Shown: positions 11,745-23,559 of the stretch, piece by piece
Layout of the letters: each line of letters starts with the position of its first letter
How positions within the stretch are numbered: position 1 is the stretch's first letter
Origin: Octopus bimaculoides
Taxonomy: Eukaryota
Assembly (NCBI RefSeq): GCF_001194135.2
Contig: NC_068996.1
Span: 13,051,141-13,107,555 of the forward strand
Direction: 5' to 3'
DNA length: 56,415 nt
The notes under the pieces: model-generated
Seen by the model: only the letters and a program-made list of their open reading frames with translations
The model's database searches: none
Told to the model about the DNA's origin: nothing
Program-made: the position numbers and the translations under genes

Positions 11745-13680
11745 CACATTGTAAACCTGAGAAAAATCTTGCATTGTACCGCTCTACAAACTGTATTTGT
11801 AATGTGCAAATCTTTTTCTGAAAATCCAAGCTTTCCAGACTGACAGTTTGGCATTTACTTACAAAACCAGGAGCTTCAATTATTATTGGTATAAACGTAA
11901 ATTTGTAATCCAGACAAAGAAGCTGGGGGTTTTGAAACGGTTTATTTTTCTTAGTTTCAGCTTAGAGCTGCGGCCATGCAGATGCACCGCCGTTTAGAAA
12001 TGATGAACACACTTAATCAATTTTTGATCTCAGTTGTGTTTTCATCAGAGGCGATTACAGCATTCTGACAGTTCGTAGTTAACTTCTTCCTCTTTGATTT
12101 TCAAAGAGATATTCACATCAGCAGGACAGCTGACATCTATGACGATACATAATTTTTCTTGTCAATCTCAAACAACAATATCCGGCCTGTTATGCTAACA
12201 CATGACATATATTTTGATGGGAATGTTCCATCAATATTTCTTGTGCTGATGTTTGCATACGTATTCCATAACAGGGAGTTCTGTATATTTATTCCAGGAC
12301 AGTCTTTGTTCAGAATGGCGTTGTATACTTTTTGGCGACAATGTTATGTCGCATAGGGAGGTGGTACCTTGATGTCATTTTTGGAGCAGGTGCTAATCAC
12401 ATGTGTAATGTCCTCCACAGATTTATGACATAATCTACATCTTTATTTTCATTTGGGATCTCGAAAGGTTTCATTTACTCTTTTGTTGATTAGGTATTTA
12501 ATAGCCATCCCATGTTCTTGGATTTCAAATGCATAACCATCGAAGTGTGATATGATGTAGTGGTCACGAGTCCAAGAGAGGCTTCGCTTCATGTCAATGT
12601 CACTATCTTCTCCAAGTCTACAAGAAACATACTTATATATAGTATCTTTTTGGTATGTTACGTGTTTCACTTCCAGGTCTTGAGGTATGCTTAATATGGG
12701 GTTGTATGAGAGGTCAGCAGAAAGAGAGTGCTTCCTGAGGAGCTCACTTCCAACACGTAGCATATTATTTCCTTCTCTTTGCAGCACTAAGTTAATGTAC
12801 TTACTTTTGCTGTTGTTGTTTATCAAGTGCTGTCTGACAGCGACTATGCGACATTCGAAGGCTGTCTGAACTGATCTCAAGCCCCTACGTCCTTTATCAC
12901 ATTTTAGGTATAGCCTATCGATATCACTATTTTTCTGAAGAATTCCAGTTGATGTTAGTGTTTTGAAGATTTTACTGTCTATGGATTGGGTTTCTTCTAT
13001 AGACCAGTTACGTATCCCAAATGTTGGAATCAGCACTGGCACTGCAAATACATTGTGAGATGTTGTCTTGTTGTAAGAGGTGAGTTCGTACTGCCATATT
13101 TTTCTTAGTCTGGTGTAATATTCTTGGGTCAATCTATCTTCACAGTACCTTGATATGATACATTTTCATCAATGCCAAGTACTTGTAGCATTCTTTGTAT
13201 GAGACAGGAGAGATAGTGAGACCATTGATGCACGGGTTTTGTGTCTGGGTACTGATTTTTCTCGTTCAACAGTTAAATAAGAATATTTATTCTGGCCAAA
13301 TTCTATTCCTATGTCAGCTGAAAATGTTATTAATTCCAGATGTTTTTGACATCCACAAAGAAATTATGGGCTACATTAATATCTCTAGCTGTTGCAGACC
13401 CTAGCCTGTAGCTTATTTGTTTTTTGGAGCAGGAATGATAATGGGTTTAACGACAAAATGAACAGAAGTACAGAGAGACTATCTCCCTGCAGTATTCCCT
13501 TTGAAAATATTTATGGCATTGGGGACGATCGTTTCACTCTCTGTTCTAAGTGCAAGGATTGTAGCTCAAGTCTTTGTGATCCTCTCAATGGCAGCAGTTG
13601 CCAGAGGGAGACACTTTAGCAGCCATGACTGGGGAGTAGTCAAATGCAAATGCCTTCTTATAATCAAGCCATACTATATG
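11745..13680 (-). mobile_element. R4/Dong-like RLE-type LINE, RT to C-terminus (copy 2)
   Basis: WLDYKKAF (13670), GILQGDSLSVLLFILSLNPLSFLL, ORF 12449-13132 with FAVPVLIPTFG..DIDRLYLKCDKGRRGL..FECRIV, then knuckle and RLE relics. A small SINE piece lies at ~11950-12000. Confidence 0.9.
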
Positions 13681-14066
13681 TATGCATGTATGTATGTATG
13701 TATCTATGTATCTATGCATGAATGTATATATGCATGTATGTCTATACGCATATACGTATATATATGTATGCGTGTATGTATACATGCATACATGTATGCA
13801 TGTATGCATATGTGTATACATGCATACATGTATGCATGTTTGTATGTATGCATGTATGTATACATATATACATGTATACATGTATGTATGTATGTATGAA
13901 TGCATGTATATATATCTATGCACATATTCATGTATGTATCTATGCATGTATCTATCTATGTTTCTATATATGTATGCATATATTTAGCTATGCATGTATG
14001 CATATATATATATGTATGTATATATGTATGTACGTACGTATGTACGTATGTATTTATTGTATGTAT
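13676..14066. repeat. Degenerate (ATGT/ATGC/AT)n microsatellite
   Basis: Seen directly. Confidence 0.95.
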
Positions 14067-14384
14067 GTGGAGGTGTTTTTGTGAAATCGCGTGGCGTAAT
14101 GGGCTGCTTGCTGTGCTCACGAACGCAAGCCGTGGATTCGATTTCCACACAATGCCTCCTATTCTATCTGTGGACAAGGTAATTTCACGAATCCTTGATG
14201 ATTGAGTGATAAATTTATGCCGGCATTATCGTGAAGGATTTTTTGCATTTTGCCTTAAAGTAGACATGTAAGTAATTTATTCATTATTGAATATAATAAT
14301 ATAAATTATTTACATGTTTTTGATTTCCTAAACAATTTGTCGTTTTATTGGAATTTTCTTTACAATAAAACAATAAAACCCGCA

Positions 14385-14506
14385 AGATTCTGACATCAAC
14401 TGGAAATCTTCACAAAAATTTTGATAATGACTGGCTCTACTTAAGAAGAGATGAAAGGGGTAGAGGCTTGAGATAAGTGCAGACAACCTTCGAACACCAC
14501 ATAGTC

Positions 14507-14569
<63 letters not shown>

Positions 14570-15515
14570 TTGTCTCTCTCTCCCTCTCTCTCAGACAATA
14601 CTTGCAAAACAACGGCTGCAAAAGTAAATACATCAACTTAGCGCTGAAAAGTGAAGAGAACAATATCCTACGTATCGGCAAGGAGCTCATCAGGAAACAC
14701 TCTCTTCCTGATGACCCCACCCCATACTACCCCAAAATAGCCAAACATACCTCAAAGAAGACCTGGATGTAGAACGCTAGCATACTCCAAAAAGAAAATG
14801 CATAGGTTTTTTCCTGAAGACTTAAAGAAGCCAGTAATATTGGTTCCAGATTTGGGCACAATACCACTAATTTCGTGGGGTTGGAGGGGTTGCACACCGA
14901 TCGCATCGATCCCTCAACTGGTCATTATTCTATCGATTCGAAATGTCGGTAAGCATTTTTCACGGTGTGCTAACAATTTTGACAGCTCGCAGCTTTAGAA
15001 GACAGTAATATTGATATGAAGCGAAGCCGCTCTTAGACTTGTGACTGCTACATCACATCATACTTCGAAGGCTACGCATTTGTAATTGAAAAATAGGAAA
15101 TTGCTACTGAATACCTAATTAGTAAAAGAGACAGTAACGCCTTTGGAGTTCCAAGATGCAACCGAAAATGTATATTATGTGATATTTCTGGGAAAGACAT
15201 TACACATGTAGTTAGCAGCAGACCCAAAATATCATCAATGTACTATCTCCTTTTGCGACATGATGTTTTCACAAAAACGATATACGATGCCACTGGGAAA
15301 GAAGATTCTCCCTGTTATTGAATACGTACGCAAATACAAGCACAAGAAATACTGGTGGAACAGTGTCGTCTAAACAGGCCTGACATTCTGGATAAGCTTG
15401 GATTTTCAGACAAAAAAAAAAAGGAAATCAACCAACTGATTTTCACATTATAAATACAAACTGTACGTGGAACAGTTAAAGTGCGCAAGACTTTTCTCAA
15501 GTTCCAAATGTAACA
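14385..15515 (+). mobile_element. R4/Dong-like LINE fragment (copy 3), inverted relative to copy 2
   Basis: KILTSTGNLHKNFDNDWLYLRRDERGRGLR..RQYLQNNG..YFEGYAFVIE..KEINQL..GTVKVRKTFLKFQM*. Homologous to 12300-13000 on the opposite strand. Confidence 0.9.
14507..14592. repeat. (TCTG)n/(TC)n microsatellite inside the LINE ORF
   Basis: Interrupts atagtct..tcagacaa, a site that reads atagtcgctgtcagacag in copy 2. Confidence 0.95.
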
Positions 15516-15557
15516 CTGTTATACATATACGTGTGCACGCGCACGCGNNNNNNNNNN

Positions 15558-15591
<34 letters not shown>

Positions 15592-15593
<2 letters not shown>

Positions 15594-15800
15594 AAGCACA
15601 CATGGTGATTGCTCCATATTCACAGATGGTTGCAGTCACCTCATGCTTCTTCCTTGCCAGTTGTTTTCCTAACTTTCCAGCCATGACCTTTCACATGACT
15701 ATTCAGTCCCATTGCAGAGCTGTAAGCCCTCAAGCATAAGTGACAGATGAAAGTTGTAAATTACATTGTGCTTTCAACAGGTTACGTCTGCATACGTAAC
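15592..15800 (-). mobile_element. Probable RTE-type LINE 3' end with a single C2H2 finger
   Basis: Minus strand 15745-15683 encodes CHLCLRAYSSAMGLNSHVKGH (C-x2-C-x12-H-x3-H), followed soon by a stop. There is a stop/frameshift just upstream. A lone terminal C2H2 finger is typical of RTE ORF ends. Confidence 0.55.
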
Positions 15801-16353
15801 TAAGCTTTTATTACCAAAGGACTTGCTGTAGATGGGATGGTAAATGTACGAATTAGCTGCTCTGTGATTAGTATGTAGTGATAGTCCGAAGCGAGGTTAT
15901 CACGTGAAACCACTGGTCTACGTCAGGGTGTCCTTCTAGAAGTATGCTGCGACAACAGCTAGGGCCCCCTCACTCTAGTGGTTTTACTGAGCGTTCTGAT
16001 GCCAAACAAGCGTACTTATATAAGTTAACCTATATATATATATATATATCAATACAATAAGGCATTATAATGATATCTTAATATATTAAGATATATTAAA
16101 TACATTATAATATAGGTGGCTTCGTCCTCATGTTTTTAAGTTAGAAAACTATTTATCATGAAATTAGAATTTTCTTATTGTTAAATAAAATTTCATCAAA
16201 CTATTTCTCTTATACACTCCTTACTTTATACACTCCTTACTGTTTTCTCTTGTATTGTACTATATATTCTCTATGTTTTGTTGAATGATACACAAAGCAG
16301 CTTTTTTTATGAGTAGTACCAGATTACTTGAATCCATACGTTGTGATTTGAAT

Positions 16354-16394
<41 letters not shown>

Positions 16395-16979
16395 TCTCCC
16401 AATATATACATATATATAAGCCGCCAAATTTGTATTGGCTATCAAACATCCCATGCTAGTGATGTACGAGCCTGTGGGATCTGTGTCTATGAACCCGCCC
16501 CATTATTACTGGAGGGCTGATAATTTCGAATGTGCACAATGACACTTGTGTTATTGTCGTTGATATCATTAAGCACTCTAGTGACGTTTTTGGAATTTAA
16601 TGAGCAGAGACAGAAATCGAATGTTAAAATCGTCAATGTGAAACTGAGTGAAACTTAAAGTAGTGTTTATTATTAATACTAATGAACACACTAATTACTA
16701 TGCTCCTACCATTACATTTCTGGAATCTGGTTGCCTTCCTAATATTATTATGAATTCTTATTAAGATATTCTTGCTAATTAATCATGTTTCTGTCTTTGC
16801 AGGACTAATTAATTTACATTTAGGATTCAAGGCAAAATTCTCTTTGTAGTCTTTAAACATAGCATGTGCTCCGCTATTACCTCGGAATTCTAATCTAACA
16901 CTAATTTCATTTTATGAGCTATATTTTCACCGTGTTTATAATATTGGAAATATTGCGATACTCTACGCTCTTATGCACC

Positions 16980-16999
16980 TACATACATACATACATACA

Positions 17000-17033
<34 letters not shown>

Positions 17034-17064
17034 CATACACACACATACATACATACATACATAC

Positions 17065-17095
<31 letters not shown>

Positions 17096-18849
17096 NNNNN
17101 NNNNNNNNNNNNNNNNNNNNNNNNNNNNNNNNNNNNNNNNNNNNNNNNNNNNNNNNNNNNNNNNNNNNNNNNNNNNNNNNNNNNNNNNNNNNNNNNNNNN
17201 NNNNNNNNNNNNNNNNNNNNNNNNNNNNNNNNNNNNNNNNNNNNNNNNNNNNNNNNNNNNNNNNNNNNNNNNNNNNNNNNNNNNNNNNNNNNNNNNNNNN
17301 NNNNNNNNNNNNNNNNNNNNNNNNNNNNNNNNNNNNNNNNNNNNNNNNNNNNNNNNNNNNNNNNNNNNNNNNNNNNNNNNNNNNNNNNNNNNNNNNNNNN
17401 NNNNNNNNNNNNNNNNNNNNNNNNNNNNNNNNNNNNNNNNNNNNNNNNNNNNNNNNNNNNNNNNNNNNNNNNNNNNNNNNNNNNNNNNNNNNNNNNNNNN
17501 NNNNNNNNNNNNNNNNNNNNNNNNNNNNNNNNNNNNNNNNNNNNNNNNNNNNNNNNNNNNNNNNNTGTGTGTGTGTGTGTGTGTGTGTCTGTGTGTATGT
17601 GTGTGTGGTTGTGGTTGTGGCCGTTTATGTATGTGTGTGGTTGCACTAGTGTCGTTTAAGCTCGTAGGAAGAATTTATAGTAAGAATTTTGGTAGGAGTG
17701 GCTGTCTGTTGTATGTCTCCCTATACGTGCATAGGAGAATGGTCAGTAGAAAGGTGTTTAACAGGTAGTTTGAAGTATGTGTGCGTGCGTGTATTTATAT
17801 GTTGTGTGTGTGTGTTTCTTGTGCGGTGTATGTGTATGTATGTGTGTATACGTGTGGATATTGTGTCCCTATGAGGTTTGTGGGGGGTCGTGTCTGTGGA
17901 GTAAATGTAAGTTACTCTGTGTGTGCGTGCTTGTATGTACATGTGTGTGTGTCCATGTATGTATAATTGTGTGCGTGTGTGTTGTGTATGTATGGGAGGT
18001 ATGTGTGGGTTCATTTGCGTGTGCGTATGTGTATGTTTGTGCGTGTGTATATGTGTGCGTATGAGTGTATGTGCGTGTGTACATGTGTGTATATGTATTT
18101 ACGTGTGTATTTTGTGTGTGTGCATGTGTGTGCATGTGTATGTGTGTGTGCATATGTGTGTGAACGAGGGGTTGTGTGGAGATGTGTATGTGCGATTTTT
18201 TGCGTCTGTATATGTGTGCACGTGTGTGTGCGTGTAGTTGTGTACGTGCGTGTAGTTGTGTGTGTGTGTATGTATGTGTGTGCGCATGCTGTTGTGTGTG
18301 CAGGTATGTGTGCGTGTGCATATGTGTGTGTGTATATGCGGATGTATATACGTGTATGTATGTATATATGCATGTATGTACGTGCGTATATAGAGGCACA
18401 ACTTTGACTGTGTAGTTAAGTGTAACTTAGCATGACGTACCTCTGCATTAGATCCGACTAGGTTGCGTCTGAGATAATTATCTTCAACTGTTGCTCCGGC
18501 AATAATCCTGTCTAAGTATAAGTATATGTATGTGTATGTATAAGTATACGTATATGTATGTGTATGCCTCTGTGTGTTTAGTAGTTGTGCTTAAATACTG
18601 TTAGTTACAGAATATTTGATTATATGCCTAACTTAGCGGTTCGACATAAACGTTTCTATTATACAAGTAACAGCTTGAGATCAATCTTGCAGCAAATATT
18701 GTCAACTATAATTTTGGAGGTGGAGTCCAAGCATAGCGGCAGTGCGATGAATGAAACTCATTAAATAATATAAATGTGCACACACACACACACACACACG
18801 CACACACACACACGTGCGCGCTTACACATACACGTGTGTGTATATATAT

Positions 18850-18942
<93 letters not shown>

Positions 18943-19098
18943 CATATATGTGTGTGTGTGTGTGTATATATGTATATTTATATATGTATATATAGGTACG
19001 TGTGTGTGTGTATATATAATATATATATGTATATATATATGGGTGCGTGTGTGTATATATATATGTCTATATATATGTGTGTGTGTGTATGTATATAT
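16980..19098. repeat. Extended (ATAC)n, (GT)n-rich and (TA)n simple-repeat region with a gap
   Basis: Seen directly; source of the H/T- and V/C/Y-rich spurious ORFs. Confidence 0.95.
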
Positions 19099-19256
19099 GC
19101 GACAGGCTTCTTTCAGTTTCTGTCTACCAAATCCACTCACAAGGCTTTAGTCGGCCCGAGGATATAGTAGAAGACACTTGTCCAAAGTGCTACGCAGTAG
19201 GACTGAACCTGGAACCATGTGGTTGGGAAGCAAGCTTCTTATCACACAGCCACATG
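19099..19256 (-). mobile_element. SINE family A, 5' half
   Basis: cgacaggcttctttcagtttc..gaagacacttgtccaa..gaacctggaaccatgtggttgggaagcaagc. Confidence 0.9.
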
Positions 19257-19280
19257 TATACACAAACGCACGTCCCCACC

Positions 19281-19330
<50 letters not shown>

Positions 19331-19399
19331 GCTAAAAAATATGTTAAATGCACAAACAATCGAAAACAAACTATTTATATAAATTAAAAGACATACAAT

Positions 19400-19870
19400 G
19401 AATGCACGAACAAACGAAAAACAGACATAGAAGGTTACCAAATCCTCATTAGTTATCAGTCAAAGGATCAAACACAATTTCACGCTTTCATCGATGATAT
19501 TGGTTCCCCTCTGGTGGCCCTGACAGCAAGAAGCCGCAGTCAAATGACTGAGACAAGTAAAAAAATAAAAGAATTCAAATATGAATAAATGTGATTCATG
19601 ACGAGACCATTAGTCGACGGACGAAGGATAAAGACGGAAACAAATACTACGAAATGTGGACATACGGACAGACAGAATTAAATCATCAGAATATCACCTG
19701 GCGCCAACCATACCTACGTCTCCTGTCTCGCCTTAGTCTCGCCCTAAGGCGAGATAGTATACGTTGGTATGGTAGTAGGAGGGATAAAAGCGGTAGGGGG
19801 AAGAGAGAGATACAGGGAGCAGGGAGGGAAGGCAATAGTCAGGAATAGATAGCAGCTCAGAAACGCAGAG

Positions 19871-19939
<69 letters not shown>

Positions 19940-20375
19940 GAGAAAGACAAAGATAGAGAGGGAGCAAAAGGGACAAAAATGAAGAGGAAGGATTGTAAAA
20001 GAAAACATAAAAACATTTACTGTAAACAAAATAAGGGGAAGTGGCGTTCCATTAAATAATAAGTTAAAAAGCATAACGAATGCCAAAACAAACGGAGAAA
20101 CATGCACGGAAGGTTACCAAATCCTCATCAGTTATCGGCCAGTGTGTCAAACTGATATTAGTCCGCTTTTGGTAGCGAACCGCAGCAAGAAGCCGCCGGA
20201 AAATGGCGGGTGACAAACAAGGAACCAAACACGACAAAAAGTGAACAAACAAACAAGAAAAAAAAAAAAAGTAATACAGAAAGTGGACATATAAGCATGA
20301 ATAAACATGATTTAAGAGGAGACCGTTAGCGAGCGGACGAAGGACAAAGACGAAGACAAACGAGACGAAATACGG
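19400..20375. repeat. Diverged direct repeat pair (19400-19670 and 20075-20375)
   Basis: Shared blocks gaaggttaccaaatcctca (19430 and 20109) and gagacc.ttag.ga.cggacgaagga.aaagacg (about 19600 and 20320). Confidence 0.75.
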
Positions 20376-20650
20376 AGAGAGAGAGAGAGAGAGAGNNNNN
20401 NNNNNNNNNNNNNNNNNNNNNNNNNNNNNNNNNNNNNNNNNNNNNNNNNNNNNNNNNNNNNNNNNNNNNNNNNNNNNNNNNNNNNNNNNNNNNNNNNNNN
20501 NNNNNNNNNNNNNNNNNNNNNNNNNNNNNNNNNNNNNNNNNNNNNNNNNNNNNNNNNNNNNNNNNNNNNNNNNNNNNNNNNNNNNNNNNNNNNNNNNNNN
20601 NNNNNNNNNNNNNNNNNNNNNNNNNNNTTATCTATCTATCTATCTGTCCA

Positions 20651-20746
<96 letters not shown>

Positions 20747-20774
20747 ATATAAATAATATATAATTATATGCATA

Positions 20775-21145
20775 GGTTCCGGGTTCAGTCCCACTGCGTG
20801 GCATCTTGGGCAAGTGTCTTCTTCTATAGCCTCGGGCCGACCAAATCCTTGTGAGTGGATTTGGTAGACGGAAACTGAAAGAAGCCCGTCGTATATATAT
20901 ATGTATATGTATATATATGTGTGTGGGTGTTTGTGTGTCTGTGTTTGCCCCCCCCCCCAACATCGCTTGACAACCGATGCTGGTGTGCTTACGTCCCCGT
21001 AACTTAGCGGTTCGGCAAAATAGACCGAGAGAATAAGTACTAGACTTCCAAAAGAATAAGTCCTGGGGTCGATTTGCTCGACTAAAGGCTGTGCTCCAGC
21101 ATTACCGCAGACAAATGACTGAAACAAGTAAAAGAGTAAAAGAGT
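20775..21145 (+). mobile_element. SINE family A, near full length
   Basis: ggttccgggttcagtcccactgcgtggc..gggcaagtgtcttc..gcagacaaatgactgaaacaagtaaaagagtaaaagagt. Confidence 0.92.
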
Positions 21146-21745
21146 ATATATCCATACATATATGTACATACCTACATCTATATGTATGCATACATGCATA
21201 TATTGGTACAGGACATCAAAAAGACGTTAAACACAATGAGAAACAAAAACATAAAAACGAAAAAAGAAGAACAACGAAAAAACAGAGAAACGAGACATGC
21301 AACATAAAGTGTATAACCCTTCGTCAGTTACAAATGAGTGAGCACATAAATGTGCTTGATTGGGACATCCTTCGCATCGAAGATCGGTGATTGTCGTACG
21401 CTGATGAAGGGTAAATACCCAGAAACTCGAGTCCGTGCGTATCACGTGATCAAGATGGGAAGGATGACTTCCCTTTGCAAATACAGACAAGACACAGATG
21501 TGTGTCAATAGCCAGCTGGAGGAGATGTTCTCCTGGTGCTAAAAGCAACAGTAACATTCACCCTTAAGGTTTAGCTGCATTTAAGTGGCAAATATACTTC
21601 ACGTTATATATATATAATATAAATAATATATAAATATATGGATATATCCATACATATATATGTATACATACAAGCATATATGGGTACAGGACATCAAGAT
21701 AAACGTCAAACACAATGAGAAACGAAAACAGAAAACGAACTTTTT
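21146..21745 (+). mobile_element. ~500-bp partial tandem repeat carrying a hammerhead ribozyme (retrozyme or Penelope-like terminal repeat candidate)
   Basis: tatatccatacatata..ggtacaggacatcaa..aaacacaatgagaaac occurs at ~21146-21265 and again at ~21643-21745, with the ribozyme motif between them. Confidence 0.55.
21387..21445 (+). ncRNA. Type I hammerhead ribozyme motif
   Basis: Stem I GTGAT..CGTACG / CGTGCG.ATCAC; CTGATGA at 21401-21407; stem II GGGT-AAAT-ACCC; GAAA at 21422-21425; palindromic stem III ACTCGAGT; GTC cleavage triplet ending at 21433. The base pair closing stem II is an A-A mismatch. Confidence 0.7.
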
Positions 21746-22531
21746 TCGAACAGTAAATATATAGGTAGATATATGCGTATATTTATATATTATTTATATT
21801 ATTATATGATCGAAAGCCACGCATTCTTTTCCAAGTAAGTTTTATATATATANNNNNNNNNNNNNNNNNNNNNNNNNNNNNNNNNNNNNNNNNNNNNNNN
21901 NNNNNNNNNNNNNNNNNNNNNNNNNNNNNNNNNNNNNNNNNNNNNNNNNNNNNNNNNNNNNNNNNNNNNNNNNNNNNNNNNNNNNNNNNNNNNNNNNNNN
22001 NATATATATATATATATATATATATAATGTATATGCCTACATTAGCTTCTCAGCCTAAGCCATCAGAATGGCATCATTTGAAGGCTCCGCTACGAGTGGA
22101 TTGCACCATATTACGGACACAGCTGTTAGCTGATGAAGTTCATAACTTAATTGTTTATTTCTTTGTCATCCCAATTTCTTATTACAACCTTATAATCTAC
22201 TCACACTTCGTACTGAAGCATATGCGTATATATATATATATCATTAAGGAATCATAAAGAGTGGAAAATTATACATCTTCAAAACTTATTTATTACAGTA
22301 TTATTCTCATTAAATTCCCATTAGATTTCATACCGAAACGTGTTTCTGCTGGATAAATGTTCTAATGTCCTTTGATGTAGCATTTATGTGCATCTACGGC
22401 GCAAAACGTTCGTAAGCGATATGAGAAAGGCCAATATTAAATGCAGAGATGCAAAGAAAACTGCAGCCAACAGAGACCTGTGGCATCAACAAGTTGCCCA
22501 AGAGAACAATCAGAACAGGTACTGATATATG

Positions 22532-22568
<37 letters not shown>

Positions 22569-22910
22569 NNNNNNNNNNNNNNNNNNNNNNNNNNNNNNNN
22601 NNNNNNNNNNNNNNNNNNNNNNNNNNNNNNNNNNNNNNNNNNNNNNNNNNNNNNNNNNNNNNNNNNNNNNNNNNNNNNNNNNNNNNNNNNNNNNNNNNNN
22701 NNNNNNNNNNNNNNNNNNNNNNNNNNNNNNNNNNNNNNNNNNNNNNNNNNNNNNNNNNNNNNNNNNNNNNNNNNNNNNNNNNNNNNNNNNNNNNNNNNNN
22801 NNNNNNNNNNNNNNNNNNNNNNNNNNNNNNNNNNNNNNNNNNNNNNNNNNNNNNNNNNNNNNATATATATTCATATATACGTATATATATATATTTATTT
22901 CTATAAGTAT

Positions 22911-23460
22911 ATATTTAGACGATGAAGAAATGAAGGAAAAACAACAAATAGAAGTATGTCTGTTGTGCTAAAAAGCCATTATGTAATTAATTAAGAAAAG
23001 TGAGAGTAAGAGTGAGTTTACTGCTGTTTCTGTGTACCATAGTTGAGGCAAATATGTATTTACTTCGTTGCAAATGGTAGACTTTATCAGAACGAAGAAT
23101 GCAGATATTGACAAAAAAGGGGAATAGAGCGAAAGATAGAGGGAGAAATCGGAAAAGAAAAAGTTCAATGATTCGGAAGTCTTACATTTTTGTTGTGTTC
23201 AAAATTCATTAAATTCATTCTTTTCCGATTTCCCCCTGTATATTTCGCTCTACTCTCCTCTTTCTCTATCTCTGCCTTCTTCGTTCTGATGACGTCTACC
23301 ATTTGCGATGAGAGAAACACCTATTTACTATGGTACACAGAAACAGCTGTAAACTCACTCTTACCCTCACCTTTCTTAATTATTTTAATAATTGAATTTT
23401 AGTAAGACATACACACTTCTATTTGTTGTTTTTCCTTCATATATTTACCGTCTATATTTA
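22911..23460. repeat. Long foldback inverted repeat (arms ~22911-23170 and ~23207-23460)
   Basis: Core 22993-23043 matches the reverse complement of 23327-23377 at 48/51 positions. The ORF track shows mirrored translations (WYTETAVNSLL on both strands). Confidence 0.9.
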
Positions 23461-23559
23461 CATTAAACTATGGTTTACTTCTTAAATTACCTGCTGCCGT
23501 ATACGTTTTACCAAGGACCATACTTATTGAGGTCATTACCAGGAATGCCTCCGGATACT

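Noticed and set aside
16803-16849. Strong splice acceptor followed by GLINLHLGFKAKFSL*
   Set aside because: Only 15 codons, with no supporting upstream exon or homology; cannot be distinguished from chance.
7247-19441. Many YIYI, HTHT and VCVC 'proteins'
   Set aside because: They are translations of (TA)n, (CA)n and (ATGT)n repeats.
23288-23320. CTGATGA..GAAA hammerhead-like string in the foldback arm
   Set aside because: Wrong spacing before GAAA, no stem I or III, and not conserved in the other arm.
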